NCBI GenBank assembly: GCA_000934665.2
Contig: JYFJ02003244.1
Coordinates: 1-44,770 of the forward strand
Reading direction: 5' to 3'
DNA length: 44,770 nt
Source of the DNA: Catajapyx aquilonaris
Taxonomy: Eukaryota
Part shown: in pieces, positions 32,766 through 44,377 of the stretch
Position numbering within the stretch: the first letter of the stretch is position 1
Layout of the letters: each line of letters opens with the position of its first letter
Notes under the pieces: model-generated
Seen by the model: the letters and a program-made list of their open reading frames with translations, nothing else
Told to the model about the DNA's origin: nothing
Database searches by the model: none
Position numbers and translations under genes: made by a program

Positions 32766-35456
32766 ATGGGAGTCAGGTGGAGAATCGGTGGGTACAGCGA
32801 CGGTACAGTACCCAGTGACAGTTGGCCTAGTGCAGGATGGGTTGTTAACATTGATTTTCTGGCCAAGGACGGTGCACCAGGTGGCTAATGTCTGTTTGTC
32901 ATGGTCACTCCCATATAGGAATAGCCTGCTGTTATTAAAAAACTGCATGACGTATGCCAATCCAACTGTTTCCTTTTTTACAGGGGCGTTGGGCCTGCTT
33001 CTGTTCTGGGTTTTTATCCTGTACTTCTACATGGACTGGGGACAGCCGGAGATCACAGATAGTGCTTTCCATGCTGACCGACTGAGCTGGAAGGTGCCGG
33101 CCAGCACTAGTGATAATAAGACAGGTATTTTTTTTGCACTGACTCACCCCAGCCCAGAAGGTGAGTGTTCAAAAAAGGCGGGTGCCTCTAGTTCACTCTA
33201 ATTTGGTGCTTCAATCTTGCAGCATTGTTGGTGGTGGTCTCGTCTGATGGCACCTCTTTGGGGGGACTAGTCACTGTGGTCAACTCGGTCTTGAAACACA
33301 CACGACGCCCAGTCTTCTTCTGCTTAGCAGTCGACTCGGAAGAGACATTTGCCCATCTCCAGCGATGGTTCAGGCTTTCTCCAGAGTTGAGACGTGTTAA
33401 TTACACTGCCAGAATTTTCCCTCCGCAAAGAGCCAAGTCGTCACTGCCCGAAGTCTGTCCCGAAGCTGGAAAAAGGCGAGTCATATATCTTGACCGTGAT
33501 GTTGTTGTCCAGTCTGACTTGTCTAGACTGTATTCGGTGAAGATGGTAGCTGGTCAATGGGCAGTTGCAGCAGACGAATGCGCTGCCCCGTCTCGGCGAG
33601 TGTTTCCGCAGCCCGCTGCTGCCATATATGCGGGTCGTTTTAAGATGAAGGACCCAGCACTGATTGCATTGAAAATACCACCACAAGCATGCCTTTTTGA
33701 CACAGGGGTAATGGTGGTTGACCTTGCTGCCTGGAAGGAGAACAGGTTGTCGGACAGGATCAAGAAATATCAAGCGTTAGTAAATTCCCTGGGTATAGAA
33801 TTCCAGCAGCATGAAGTTTATATAACTGCATCATAGGAATAGGTTTCACCAGCTCTTGGTTTCACTAATACGATGATGGGAACATCCTCACTTGTGCATG
33901 TGTACGTAGGGGTCTTAGCTTCGGGTTGGGACTTGGGGGTGACATCAGAATGTTCATATTTCCTATTTGACTAACATCTTCTTGCGCTTGTTTAACCAAC
34001 CTAACATTCAGGCCCATTTATTCTACATGTGGAAGACATTTGCAGCAGGATCCAAACTCATGAACGGTGGAGGGGACTCCAACTCGTCAGCGCATTTCTG
34101 GCCCTTGACACAAGTGACTTCTCCATGCAATATACTAGGGCTTTCCAGTGTAAATACTTCATCAGAACAAAACTGAAGTATTATTTCTCAAACTAATTTG
34201 ATTCAGAATAAGGTCAAACATTCATCACAATTAGGCAGCGTGGTTCTAACTTCGACCCTAGGTGTCATTGTTTCTTACACAGTTCTTTTTTTGTTGACAC
34301 TGTTTACTCATATTGTTATGTGAGGGTATTGCCATGGAAAACTTAATGACGTAGGGTCAAAGTTAGGCCGGCCCGCCTATAACAGAAGCATTGTAAGTAT
34401 TGCAAAAATTCTGGGTGTTTTTTGCCAGCTTACCCTCTCTTTCATCTTTCATTTTGGGGTAGTGGTTCCAGTTGCGGGTCAATAGGCTTATCCTCGTAGA
34501 AGGACATGTGGTTGTCAGGCGATATGAGGGAGTGGATACAGAACTAAAGCTTAGGCTGTAGGCCACATACGTGCAGTGTGTTGCAAAATTGGGACGCTTC
34601 CTTTCGGGTATAGGTTGCATGTGATATTCAAAGACATATCCTACATTAGGCTACTTTGATCTTGGAGTGTTGCAATCATCAGTGGGGAAGTCCGTCGATT
34701 GAGCAACACCATGTAAGCATGTAGAGATTGGGTTGGATGCTTTAACAAAATTACAGTAGTATCCTCATTGCCACAAGAAAGTATGATTATGTTAATTGCA
34801 TTGTTAGTCCATATGTATAAAGTGGCCTTACAAACCTCTTCTGAACTGTGGGGGGTATTCATATACATTTCATTCAATTACTGATGCAGATTAACAAAAA
34901 ATTCACTTATGGATAACATGCATTTACAATAATACACTTTAACCACATATTCTACATGTACGTATACAATGCATTTTGCATGACGGTATTACACTATACC
35001 TAGGACATGACTTTAGCTCTCACGCATGTAATTGAAATAATGAAACTTCTATTACCACTCACATCTCTCCTTCCTCCAACTTGGCCCCCCGTCACTTAAT
35101 CAATCCATGTGCGCTAAGAGTAGGGAATGAATTAGAAAATTAAACTCTGTCTCCATTGCAGGAACCCTTCCTTCCTGGTTCGCCCAGACTCAGACATATC
35201 CTCAGCTGCGCTGCTGCTTGTGATGCATGACCACACTGCCCCACTGGACCCTCTCTGGAACGTCCGCAGCCTCGGACAGACCAGAAGCTCTATATACTCA
35301 CCATTGTTCGCATCCAAGGCCCATATCCTCCACTGGTCAGGTCACTTCAAGCCCTGGGGTCGGAAGGCCCCCTTTGCACACTTGTGGGACAAGCACTATG
35401 TACCTGACCCCACAAATAAGTTTAAGCCAATCAGAATCAACCTGAAAAAATACTGA
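32766..35456 (+). CDS. Glycosyltransferase family 8 protein, GLT8D1/2-like (type II membrane; ~345-348 aa, 4 exons)
   Basis: Exons 32766-32787, 32984-33160, 33223-33775 (or -33792) and 35162 (or 35188)-35456. N-terminal MGVRWRIGALGLLLFWVFILYFY anchor, VIYLDRDVVVQSD (DxD), FDTGVMVVDL..WK, LDPLWNVRSLG and ILHWSGHFKPW. The first exon and the last splice junction are inferred. Confidence 0.85.
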
Positions 35457-38433
35457 AAAGGGAATGTCTGGAGAAGGGGAAAGCGAGGAGGATATTTTTT
35501 ACACTTTTAAAATAAAGGTCTTCCCAATTTTCTTTCTCATTTCTTTTTTATCTTTCTCTCATAAATCGCTACTTTTTTCTTCATCGCTCAATTTGCGGAG
35601 TAACACAAACACTTGCAGATTCAATTTGTTTTTTGGCATTTTTGTATTTTTTACCTCATAAAGACAGGACCCTCTACCAAACAAAAAAAAACGTGATTTG
35701 TCAAGGGAAAACAATTATGGCTGTTTTTTAATATTTCTCACAACTACACAAGTGCTTAACTACAATCAAAATAAACTGGCTTTTTTCCGTTAGTAAAAAG
35801 ATGAACAGATTTTACTCAACTTCCATAAGCAAGTAAAAGTCCAAGACAAGGGATGTGGGATTATTATGCATGTGTTTTAAAAGTCAGGCCAAAATCGGAG
35901 GAATGCATTGTTGGCTATCTTCAGTCAGAACATATTTAAACAAAAAAAAAGCAGACTTATTATGCAACTATGCTTGAAGGGCGGTTATGTGATAATGGGG
36001 TGGGTGTCAGGTGAGGAGGGGCAACAACATGCACTCCCAACTCATTCACTCATTCATTCACTCAACCTGTCAACTGCCCTAACATTAGGTTTATAATGCC
36101 CTTTTCTGGGGGTGCACCGGGAGCAATAAAACAAACATTATGCAGGTGAAAAATCGCCTCTCGCACTATTATGAGGTCACAATTGACACTCAAAATTTTG
36201 CCCAGCTTCCAAATTAGCAGGGGTGTCGTCTTAACCACATCAGGCTATAACCTTTATGTCACAACTGCATAAATTTCAAAATAAGCCAGCATCCCTGCTA
36301 ATCAACTATCGAAAGCACTTTCCATGGACCAATCATTGATAGAGGTCAGTTCTAAATCACACAGGCAAAAGAAAAAGAAAAAAAAAAAAAGTGTGAAGCT
36401 TTGGAAGGTAGGAAGGAGAAATGGAATTATTCATTTCCATATTTTAAAAAAACACGACACTGCTCTTCTTAAAAAACACCACACTAATTGCACGAGAGAG
36501 AAAACATTCTTTTGGGCGTGGGGGGAAATAACTGTGTGTGTAGCCAGGTCACAAATTCCTCAACATGCCAGTCCGCATATTTCTCTCCTTGCTTGCTCTC
36601 GAAGTATTGCTAGTTGAAAATAAGTTCTTATAATTAACCAGCCAAGAACAGTGGACTGGGAAAAACTGAGGGCAATTATACCAACACTTCTCACCCACAC
36701 ATGGAAATATGGGGAGAGGGATACACTTTTTAGCTATAAAAAGAAAAAAAAATACTCCCATTCCTTCTTCTCTCCCTCTTGCTTCCAATCTTAAATCTGG
36801 TAGATTCTGTGTGTCCTTTTTTTTTTTTTCAGGTGCTGCCAACCTCCATTTTGTACACAGCCTGCCAAAATAAAGAGAAAGTGCATAAGTCCCTGTGCAT
36901 GATAATCCATGAACTTGCATTTAAGAATTGTTGGATAATATTCTTCTTATGAGTCAGTCTTGTTAACTACTTAGACTTTCGAGTACCTAATACTGCTATT
37001 ATTGATATTATTGTGTGTTCACATTATCAACCTCTTATTCCAGTCTTAGGGACCATACTGTGATTTTACGAACTTCTCCCATATTGTTGAAGCCTTAGGA
37101 ATGTGACCAATTATTGTCTTCACACATTCATATATCACATTATTGTAATAACATTAGGGACCTGATTATATCAAAGTGATTCTAAAATATGTAATGAATG
37201 TAGACAATCAAATAAAATCTTCCACTATGCAAAATATTCTAAATACTTTATTCCCATTAAAAAGTGCAAGTTTATTGTGCCACAACATGTCTGAACTAAA
37301 TCAAGCAACTATCACAAAAACATGTCCAAGACAGTTTTTCTTTAAAGCATGAAGGGATGGAACAAGGATCCTCACACAGAAGGTGCGAAATCCATAGATC
37401 CCTCCCTACCTTGCATATTCATTCCTGGTGCATAGGCGCTTGATAATATCTATTAGAACAGGGAAATGCATGGGGCTCCTCTGTTTCTTCCCAGCAAAAA
37501 ATCAAGCGGCAGTGCAGTCAATGAAATTATTTCCTGTTCCAAATGGCCATGGCATGTGCTAGGAACCAGTGAAAATTTCAATTCCATTTTTATGGCACTC
37601 CTAGATGTTGCCAAATTGTTAAAATTTGTGCACAGTGCAGTCTTACAGGCAATCTTTGGTCAGGAAGCAAAGATATGTTTACATGAGCACCATTTCAGGG
37701 GACAAGTGAACATTGTGAGGTACCCCACTCCTTATGGATTAAACCAGGCAAAACACATAGCCAGCCATGTTTTCCATGCTCAAATTGGAGTACGGAAGAA
37801 GATGGAGAGGTAGAGGGCAGGGCTAAGCACAGGTCAGCTGGTGAAGATCCTGGCCACACAGAGATGACCTATGGCCAAGAACTACCCTGGCCACACATTC
37901 TGTGAGTGGATCTAGGGATCCCTAATGCTGACATTTACTGAAGAACTTGACAATGCAAGACTGGTTACATTCTTTAAAAATTATGTATTGCGGTAATTCC
38001 GAATCGAGAATATTTTTAATTTACAAAATTGTGACTCCTGAACAGTTGACAAACCTCGCCTGGCAAATATAACTCTTTCTAGGATGTTAACAAGCGCTTA
38101 TGCACCAAAAATCTTGAAAAATAATGATTCAAAGAGCATTACCAACAGATTTCCTATCTTACATAAGATCATTTCCCTGCAAGAAATCAAAACAAGAGAA
38201 TACTCCTGCATGTTATGGACATTGCCACCTTTTCATTTAAATTTCAGAATAGACAGAAGCAAGTGTGACTAAAACTGTGCAATGCATGCATCAAATTGTG
38301 TTTTGGCACCTGGACCAATTAGCATCTGCTCCCTTCATGGCTTGCACTTTAAGCAACTAAGAAAAGTAGAGAATTAAACTCACTCTTACAAATAATAATA
38401 TTAATTTTAAAAAATTCAGGTACGAGAGGAGGC

Positions 38434-41400
38434 CTAATGAGTGGCAGCAGCCTCCTCCCGGCTGGTGTCCGTGTTATTGGTAGCAGCAGCTGGGCTGGTC
38501 TTCTGCTGTGGCTCCTCTGCTTTCTTCTCTTCTCCATCGGCAGCAGCCTTCTGGCTTCCATTCTGTGAGGGGGCCTTGGTATCACTCTGCTGTGGGGGCG
38601 TTGTTGGTGCCACCGAGTTGGTCGTTGCAACTGCAGTGGTCGCCTCCTCTGCTGGTGTTTCCTCCACTCCATTGGACTCTTTCCCATCTTCCTTGACCTC
38701 GTCCTTCATCTCTTCTTCATCCTTTGATTCCTCCTTGTCTTCTTCCTTATCTGTCTTTTCAGGTGATTTCTCATTGTTAGCAGCAGTGGCAGCATTCTGA
38801 TCTTTACGTGGACGCCCCCTCCTCCCACTACGAGGAGTTGTCCCAGTTGAAGAACTGGATGATGCAGAGGAGGAAGATGCCTTCCTCTCCCGCTTTGCTG
38901 GTGGGGGAGGAGCTGCCAGCGGAGTGCCACCACCACCTCCACTGCTGCTCCTGGTTGAGGAACGTGTCTGCCTACGACCCTCAACTTCTGTCCCTTCAGC
39001 CTCTCGATGGCCCAACTCCTTCAGAAGGGCCTCTCCTTCCTGGGCAGCCCGTGCAAGGGTGGAAACTCGCTTGCCAGAGCTGCGCCGAGTCTTGCGCTCA
39101 TCTGGCTTGGCTTCCTCCTGGCAGGCCAAATAAGGAAGAAGAGAAAAGAAAACCATTAGTTAAGCACCCAGATTTTTGAAACAGGTAACAATGTCACAAA
39201 CGAAGTTCCTGGGCTGCACTTCCCACCTGTTGGTGGCATCACAAATGTCAAGTTGCAGAAAAAACTACAGACTCTTCATGAATATTAGACTCTTGTGCCA
39301 CTTACAAAAGTGCCACCTTAGCCTCAAATCCATGATAGTCATTGGTGATTTCCTCTGCAACGGCATTATTTCCTCAGACAATCTGTAACACAGTGTTGGT
39401 GTTGCTGAACCGCAATGGGGTGAGGTTAGCTTCGTATATGTGCCAAAAAGGGACCAGCTACGCAGAAAGTTCTAATTTCAAGATGTTTAATAACATTCAC
39501 CACAGATGATACATGTTTACAATCAAATATATTGATCATGTCATCAAGCACATAAATATTCTACATGGAATGATCTCTAAAATGCCATAGACAGTCTCCC
39601 TTTGACATCAACTCGCTTGGCTTACAATACTTCAATTTTGGTGCATTCTGCTGTAGACAGTACAAGTCCACAACAGTTGCTAGTGCTACAGGTTGGCCAA
39701 AGCCAGAGATTTCATTCACAACATTATTTCTTCACAAGGTCTCCTTGCTGTACCTGAGCCTCTTCCTCCCCTTCAAAAGACTGGAGAAATGCAGCTCCTT
39801 CCTGCAACAGACCTTCCTTTAGTCATCTGCCAACACGGCCATACAAATGACAAACCTTGGCCGTGGCCTGCATCGTCCCTTCCCTACGTGCCTTCGACGG
39901 GGAGCCCGCCTCCGTCCTCTGAAGGAATTCTGCACCTTCCTGCATAACCAACCTTATTTAGCAAATACCTCGACATATGCAGCCTCTTTAACAAACCTTG
40001 GCAGTAGCTTGCATGGTCCCCTCCCTCCTCAACTTTTCTGGAGAGCCAGTCTCCTTTTCTTCCATCCTTTGTAAGAATGCTGCCCCTTCCTGCATGATAA
40101 CCTTTCAGTGTACCTGTGTCTGATCATACTGCCATGTTGATAACTCAATTCATACAAATATTGTAACTAATGAGGCATATTCTTGATGCAAGTGAAGATT
40201 ACAATTCAATATTGTGAAAATGATTGTGGCCTGGATAGCTTGTCAGAACAGGCAAGTTACAACACTTGTATACTGAGCAATCAATATAAACAAACCTTGG
40301 CTGTGGCCTGCATGGTCCCTTCCCTGCTCATCTTCCCTGGGGAGCTAGCCTCCTTCTGTGGCACCCCATCCTGCACAAACCAACCCATAACCGTAAGGCA
40401 CATGCTCAAGGACAGCCCTTACAAGCCAACGAACCTTGCTTTGAGATGAGTCCCCTTCCCTGCGAACCTTTGCTGGAGGACCTTCATCCCTGGCCTCCAT
40501 CCTCCGCACAAATTCTGCCCCTTCCTGCATAATAACACTTTATAGAGTAGGCCTTTACCAGTCAGCCATTTCACAAACCTTGGCTGTGGCTTGCATAGTC
40601 CCCTCTCTGCTCATCTTGGCAGGAGAGCCAGCTTCTTTGGCTTCCATTCTCTGCAGGAATTCTGCCCCTTCCTGCGTAAAATTCCCATAATTGCTATAAT
40701 GTACAACATATGCGACAAAAAATGGCCGCAAGTTCAAACCTTGGCAGTGGCCTGCATGGTTCCTTCCCTGCTCATCTTTCCAGGAGAACCTGCCTCTTTG
40801 GCTCCCATCCTTTGCAGAAACTCTGCCCCTTCCTGCATTAAACCAATCCCCCTTTATGCAACAGACAGTGGCACACAACAGCTGATCAGATCCAAGCAAG
40901 TGCCATACCCAAGCATAAAACCAAGGCCAGTGCAACCAGGAAAACCAAGTAATATAGCTTGTTTTCGCAATCATTTTTGTAAAAAGCCCAAAAGCAGAAA
41001 CCCAACATGGGGAAATAAACCTTGGCTGTGACGGCCATTGTGGACTCGCGAGACAGTCGAGTCGGAGGCTCCTCCTGGCCACTGTCTTCAACGTCACGAG
41101 CCAGAAAGGAGGCACCACTGGAGCGAAGGAACTCGAGGCCCTCCTGAAAATTGTCTCTTTACATTCTAGGAGCTTCTTATCATGTCCATTAAAATACCTG
41201 CCATTTACTACCAGGCCTTAAATAATATTGACTGACAATTCAATTGAATACATATTTAAAACACAGTTGGAATCGTATCAACACAGCCATGCTTGATTAC
41301 GCCATTCGAATGTGTACAATATAAATTTATTTCTGAATGTAGAATCCTATGAAGTAACATTCAATCATTTTATGCATGACCTTCACATAATACGGATAAC

Positions 41401-43680
41401 CTTCTCAAAGATGCCACCAATTCTAAGTGATAGGTCAGATAACGTGGACTACTCATTGCAAAGCACTTGTATTAGTAGATTAGATTGATTAGCAAGCACA
41501 AATTTTAGAAAGTCTTCACCCCAATTGCAGCCAGCAGATAATCTGATAATGGAATATCCTAACCCTTCTCAATAATTTACCAATTGTCTTTAATTTCAGA
41601 TGTGAAAAAATATTTCTCATCTAATGATACAGGGCTCTTTCCTTATAAAAGAACAATGAATGGTTATAATCAATATCAAGATTACGTTAAGTTTTAACGG
41701 AACTTCCGCCAGCCTTGGATACTTGTAGGTGATTACCAGAGGCCAATCTCACTTTGTATGCTCTGAACAACCTGTAGAATTAGACAAAATACCGAATCGT
41801 GATATCAGCTGACAGGGTTGGTCTACTTTTGAAGTCAATAATTTTTTTTAAAGGAAGAACTTGCAATTTTCAATTAATTTAGAGTTGTTGTTGAGCGTTA
41901 TCAGCAGCACTTTTTGGAATGGATATTCCCGAGTGATGCAAATATACTGTTAAACAAAAAAAAATTACAATTTTATTGGTGTCTAGTTAAATTAAATCAT
42001 AATTTGACATTCAAGCCTGAATTCCAAATGGCAGTGCAGGGGTGGATGTGCACACTCAATCATGCACCCCCATTGGCTTCCAGGTCATTACAGAACTCTG
42101 TCTCATTAGCTTTGCCAGTAAATTGCGATCAGTTCCAGATCAGCTGGGAAGGGATTTCTTATACTTTGGCTTGAAACCCACTCTTCATTCAAATGAGATC
42201 AAAGTAACTGCTGCGTTTTCCAGGTACTGCCTAGGCCAGAAGTTCTGTTAAAGCAGAAGGCACTTATTGGCTGTGTTGCATTGAGTGCACACTTGTTGAA
42301 AAATATATATAGTTAATCTTGTCTATGACCAAAGCTGTACACAATACACAACTTTCCATCATTAAAGTCTTCGGACTCCAACAGGTGATTTTCAGTGCAA
42401 AAAAAGCTCATGGGAAAGTAACTCCATTATACATAGGTTTCATTACATATGCAAAATTATCCAGCCTTTGGTCTAATATCCCCTATTACAATATAAAATT
42501 AAGTTATACATTCCCAAGACACCAGGTGCAATCTTTCCCAGTCAGAATTAATTCTTCGACAATAAAAACACAAAGGCTTCCCATGGCTACTTCCTGGTAT
42601 AAATATGTCTAATTTTAGAAGCCAAAAATGAACCCAGTCTAAGTAATAACACTGTAACAGCGACAGGCTACCAAGAGACGAATTACTCCTGGTCATACAC
42701 AAAAAATGTGAAAAAGTGAAAGTCACACTCTTTAAGATATAATACACACTTGCTTTCAATCAATATCAGCATTGATAATGTAATCTTGATATGCCAATGA
42801 CAAATACATCAATAAAATCTGAAGGGCAAAGCTGCAGAAAGAAATTAAATATTTTCGATACGAAGAGTTGGGATTTTATATTATGTAACACGAATAAAAC
42901 ATAATTTACCATCTGCGCACAAAAATATTAGCACTAATCTATAACTACAAAATTTTCTATGACGGCGACATTACATAAATTCACAATATATTTTGGATAA
43001 TTTTACCTCAGTCAAAGGGATATTTGGCCTTTCCTCATTATATTTAAGTATACTCAAGCAGATGTCATCAAATCTGTGCCAGGTTTCAACTGTAGACAGT
43101 TTAAATTTAACGCCAGCTGCGCAGCAAGCTTGAGTTTTGATATCCTCCCTTACCTGGGTCTAGTAAGCAAGGTTGTTGAACTCAATGACAGCCCATTACC
43201 CTCTTACATCACCCCTCTGAGTTTGGCTCCCAAAAATGACATGTCACTACCCTTGCCCAAGAAACCCATTTATATCCCTTGCATTCCAAGTAGGTGGGGG
43301 GAAAAAAAGAATAGAAAAAAAAGAGTAAAATGTACACGAGTAAACTTCCGTCGGCTGCCACGGGAAGGCAGCACCACCGCGCAATTTTCCCTCCCTTTTA
43401 CGCCATTCTCGACCCCTGACTCCCACCCCGCCCAAGTAGCCACTGCCCCACAGCTGCCCGCGGGCCGCCCCCACCAGACGCGGGCCGCCCAACCGCCCGA
43501 GCTACATTTCCCCCGCCAACTGCGCGTTTCGAACAAGCACAACTGAACAGTTGAAGGTCGGCCAGGCCTACGTTCGATTAAATGGTTTTGGCTCAAACAT
43601 GTATGGAACAAGGGTTGTTTCACCTTGGCCGTGACCTCCATGGTGTTCTCCTTGGCGAGCTGGGTCCTCTCCTCAGACAT
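38434..43680 (-). CDS. Uncharacterised repeat-containing AT-hook protein (~479 aa, 10 exons), probably chromatin-associated
   Basis: Exons 43680-43624, 41143-41021, 40832-40740, 40671-40579, 40524-40435, 40370-40296, 40089-39997, 39939-39856, 39801-39754 and 39117-38434; all introns are GT-AG phase 0 and no exon has a premature stop. RRGRPRK AT-hook at ~38803-38823, followed by an acidic/Ala-Thr tail. Confidence 0.8.
39754..41143 (-). repeat. Tandem array of eight duplicated phase-0 exons
   Basis: Recurrent + strand blocks AAACCTTGGC(T/A/C)GT..C.TGCAT.GT.CC and TGCCCCTTCCTGC correspond to minus-strand ...GCCAAG|gttt donors and gcag|GAAGGGGCA acceptors. The intervening introns are not similar to each other. 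Confidence 0.9.
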
Positions 43681-43739
43681 GGCTAGGCTGGATCTCCTTC
43701 CTTCCCTTATTTCCGACGGCAAGTCCACCTCCCGAACGG

Positions 43740-43850
43740 CCTCGACGGTTTCTGCCGAATCCAAGATGGCGGGTGGCGTGGTCACGTGACCTCCCCTTCC
43801 CCCCCCCCCCCCTTTTTTTCCATCCCCCCTTCCCCTCCTCCCCTCGGTGG
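43740..43850 (-). promoter_or_regulatory. Putative promoter of the AT-hook gene (YY1-like site, palindromic E-box)
   Basis: CAAGATGGCGG at ~43762 and GTCACGTGAC at 43781-43790, about 80-110 bp upstream of the ATG in a CpG-rich patch. Confidence 0.5.
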
Positions 43851-44282
43851 TCTGACAGGTTGCAGTCAGGGCCTGGTAGCGACATCTGTGTGCGGGTGTC
43901 GGAAGTGGGTGAAGGGAGCGAGAGAGCAGGTGCTTCCTGGTGGTCAATGTCAAAACCAGCTCGGGGCTGTAGGGTGCGTGGAGGGTTGCAGGGGCAGAAG
44001 GGGACGCGCTTCTCTTCACAAGTTGGGATTGTTGGGGCTCTGCAGGGAATGATGGAGTGTTACAATTGATTTACAAATGTCAACAATCAGAGTATTAACT
44101 CAAGGCTACTGGCATCAGAAGCAATAATATTGTATAAGTTATTCTCAAATTTTTATAATGACTATTTGCACATATGATGAAACCTTGCTGCTCAGGTAAG
44201 CTATTTAAAATAGTAAAAATACAAACTGATATTTTAGGGAAGAGTATAAAATTATATCCTACAAGAAGATAAAAACGTTGCA

Positions 44283-44377
44283 TGGAATTTTCGTCCCACT
44301 GCTAGTTACTGCTAAAACTTAGCAGTGCCAGTGCCAGTGCTTAGTTAGCAGTAACTAGCAGTGGGACGAAAATTCCA
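44283..44377. mobile_element. ~100-bp palindromic MITE-like element, copy 2
   Basis: TGGAATTTTCGTCCCACTGCTAGTTACTGCTAA...TTAGCAGTAACTAGCAGTGGGACGAAAATTCCA has perfect 33-bp arms; same family as 13040-13147. Confidence 0.88.

Noticed and set aside
40555..41118. 187-aa and 146-aa ORFs from the ORF track
   Set aside because: They read through introns or lie antisense to the exon array and have no independent coding signal.
39754..41143. Repeat-spacer pattern resembling a CRISPR array
   Set aside because: The repeats are degenerate, codon-structured and bounded by AG/GT splice sites; there are no cas genes and the context is eukaryotic.
43270..44019. 249-aa ORF
   Set aside because: Only the MSEERTQLAKENTMEVTAK segment fits a gene model; the rest is GC-rich promoter, UTR and intron.
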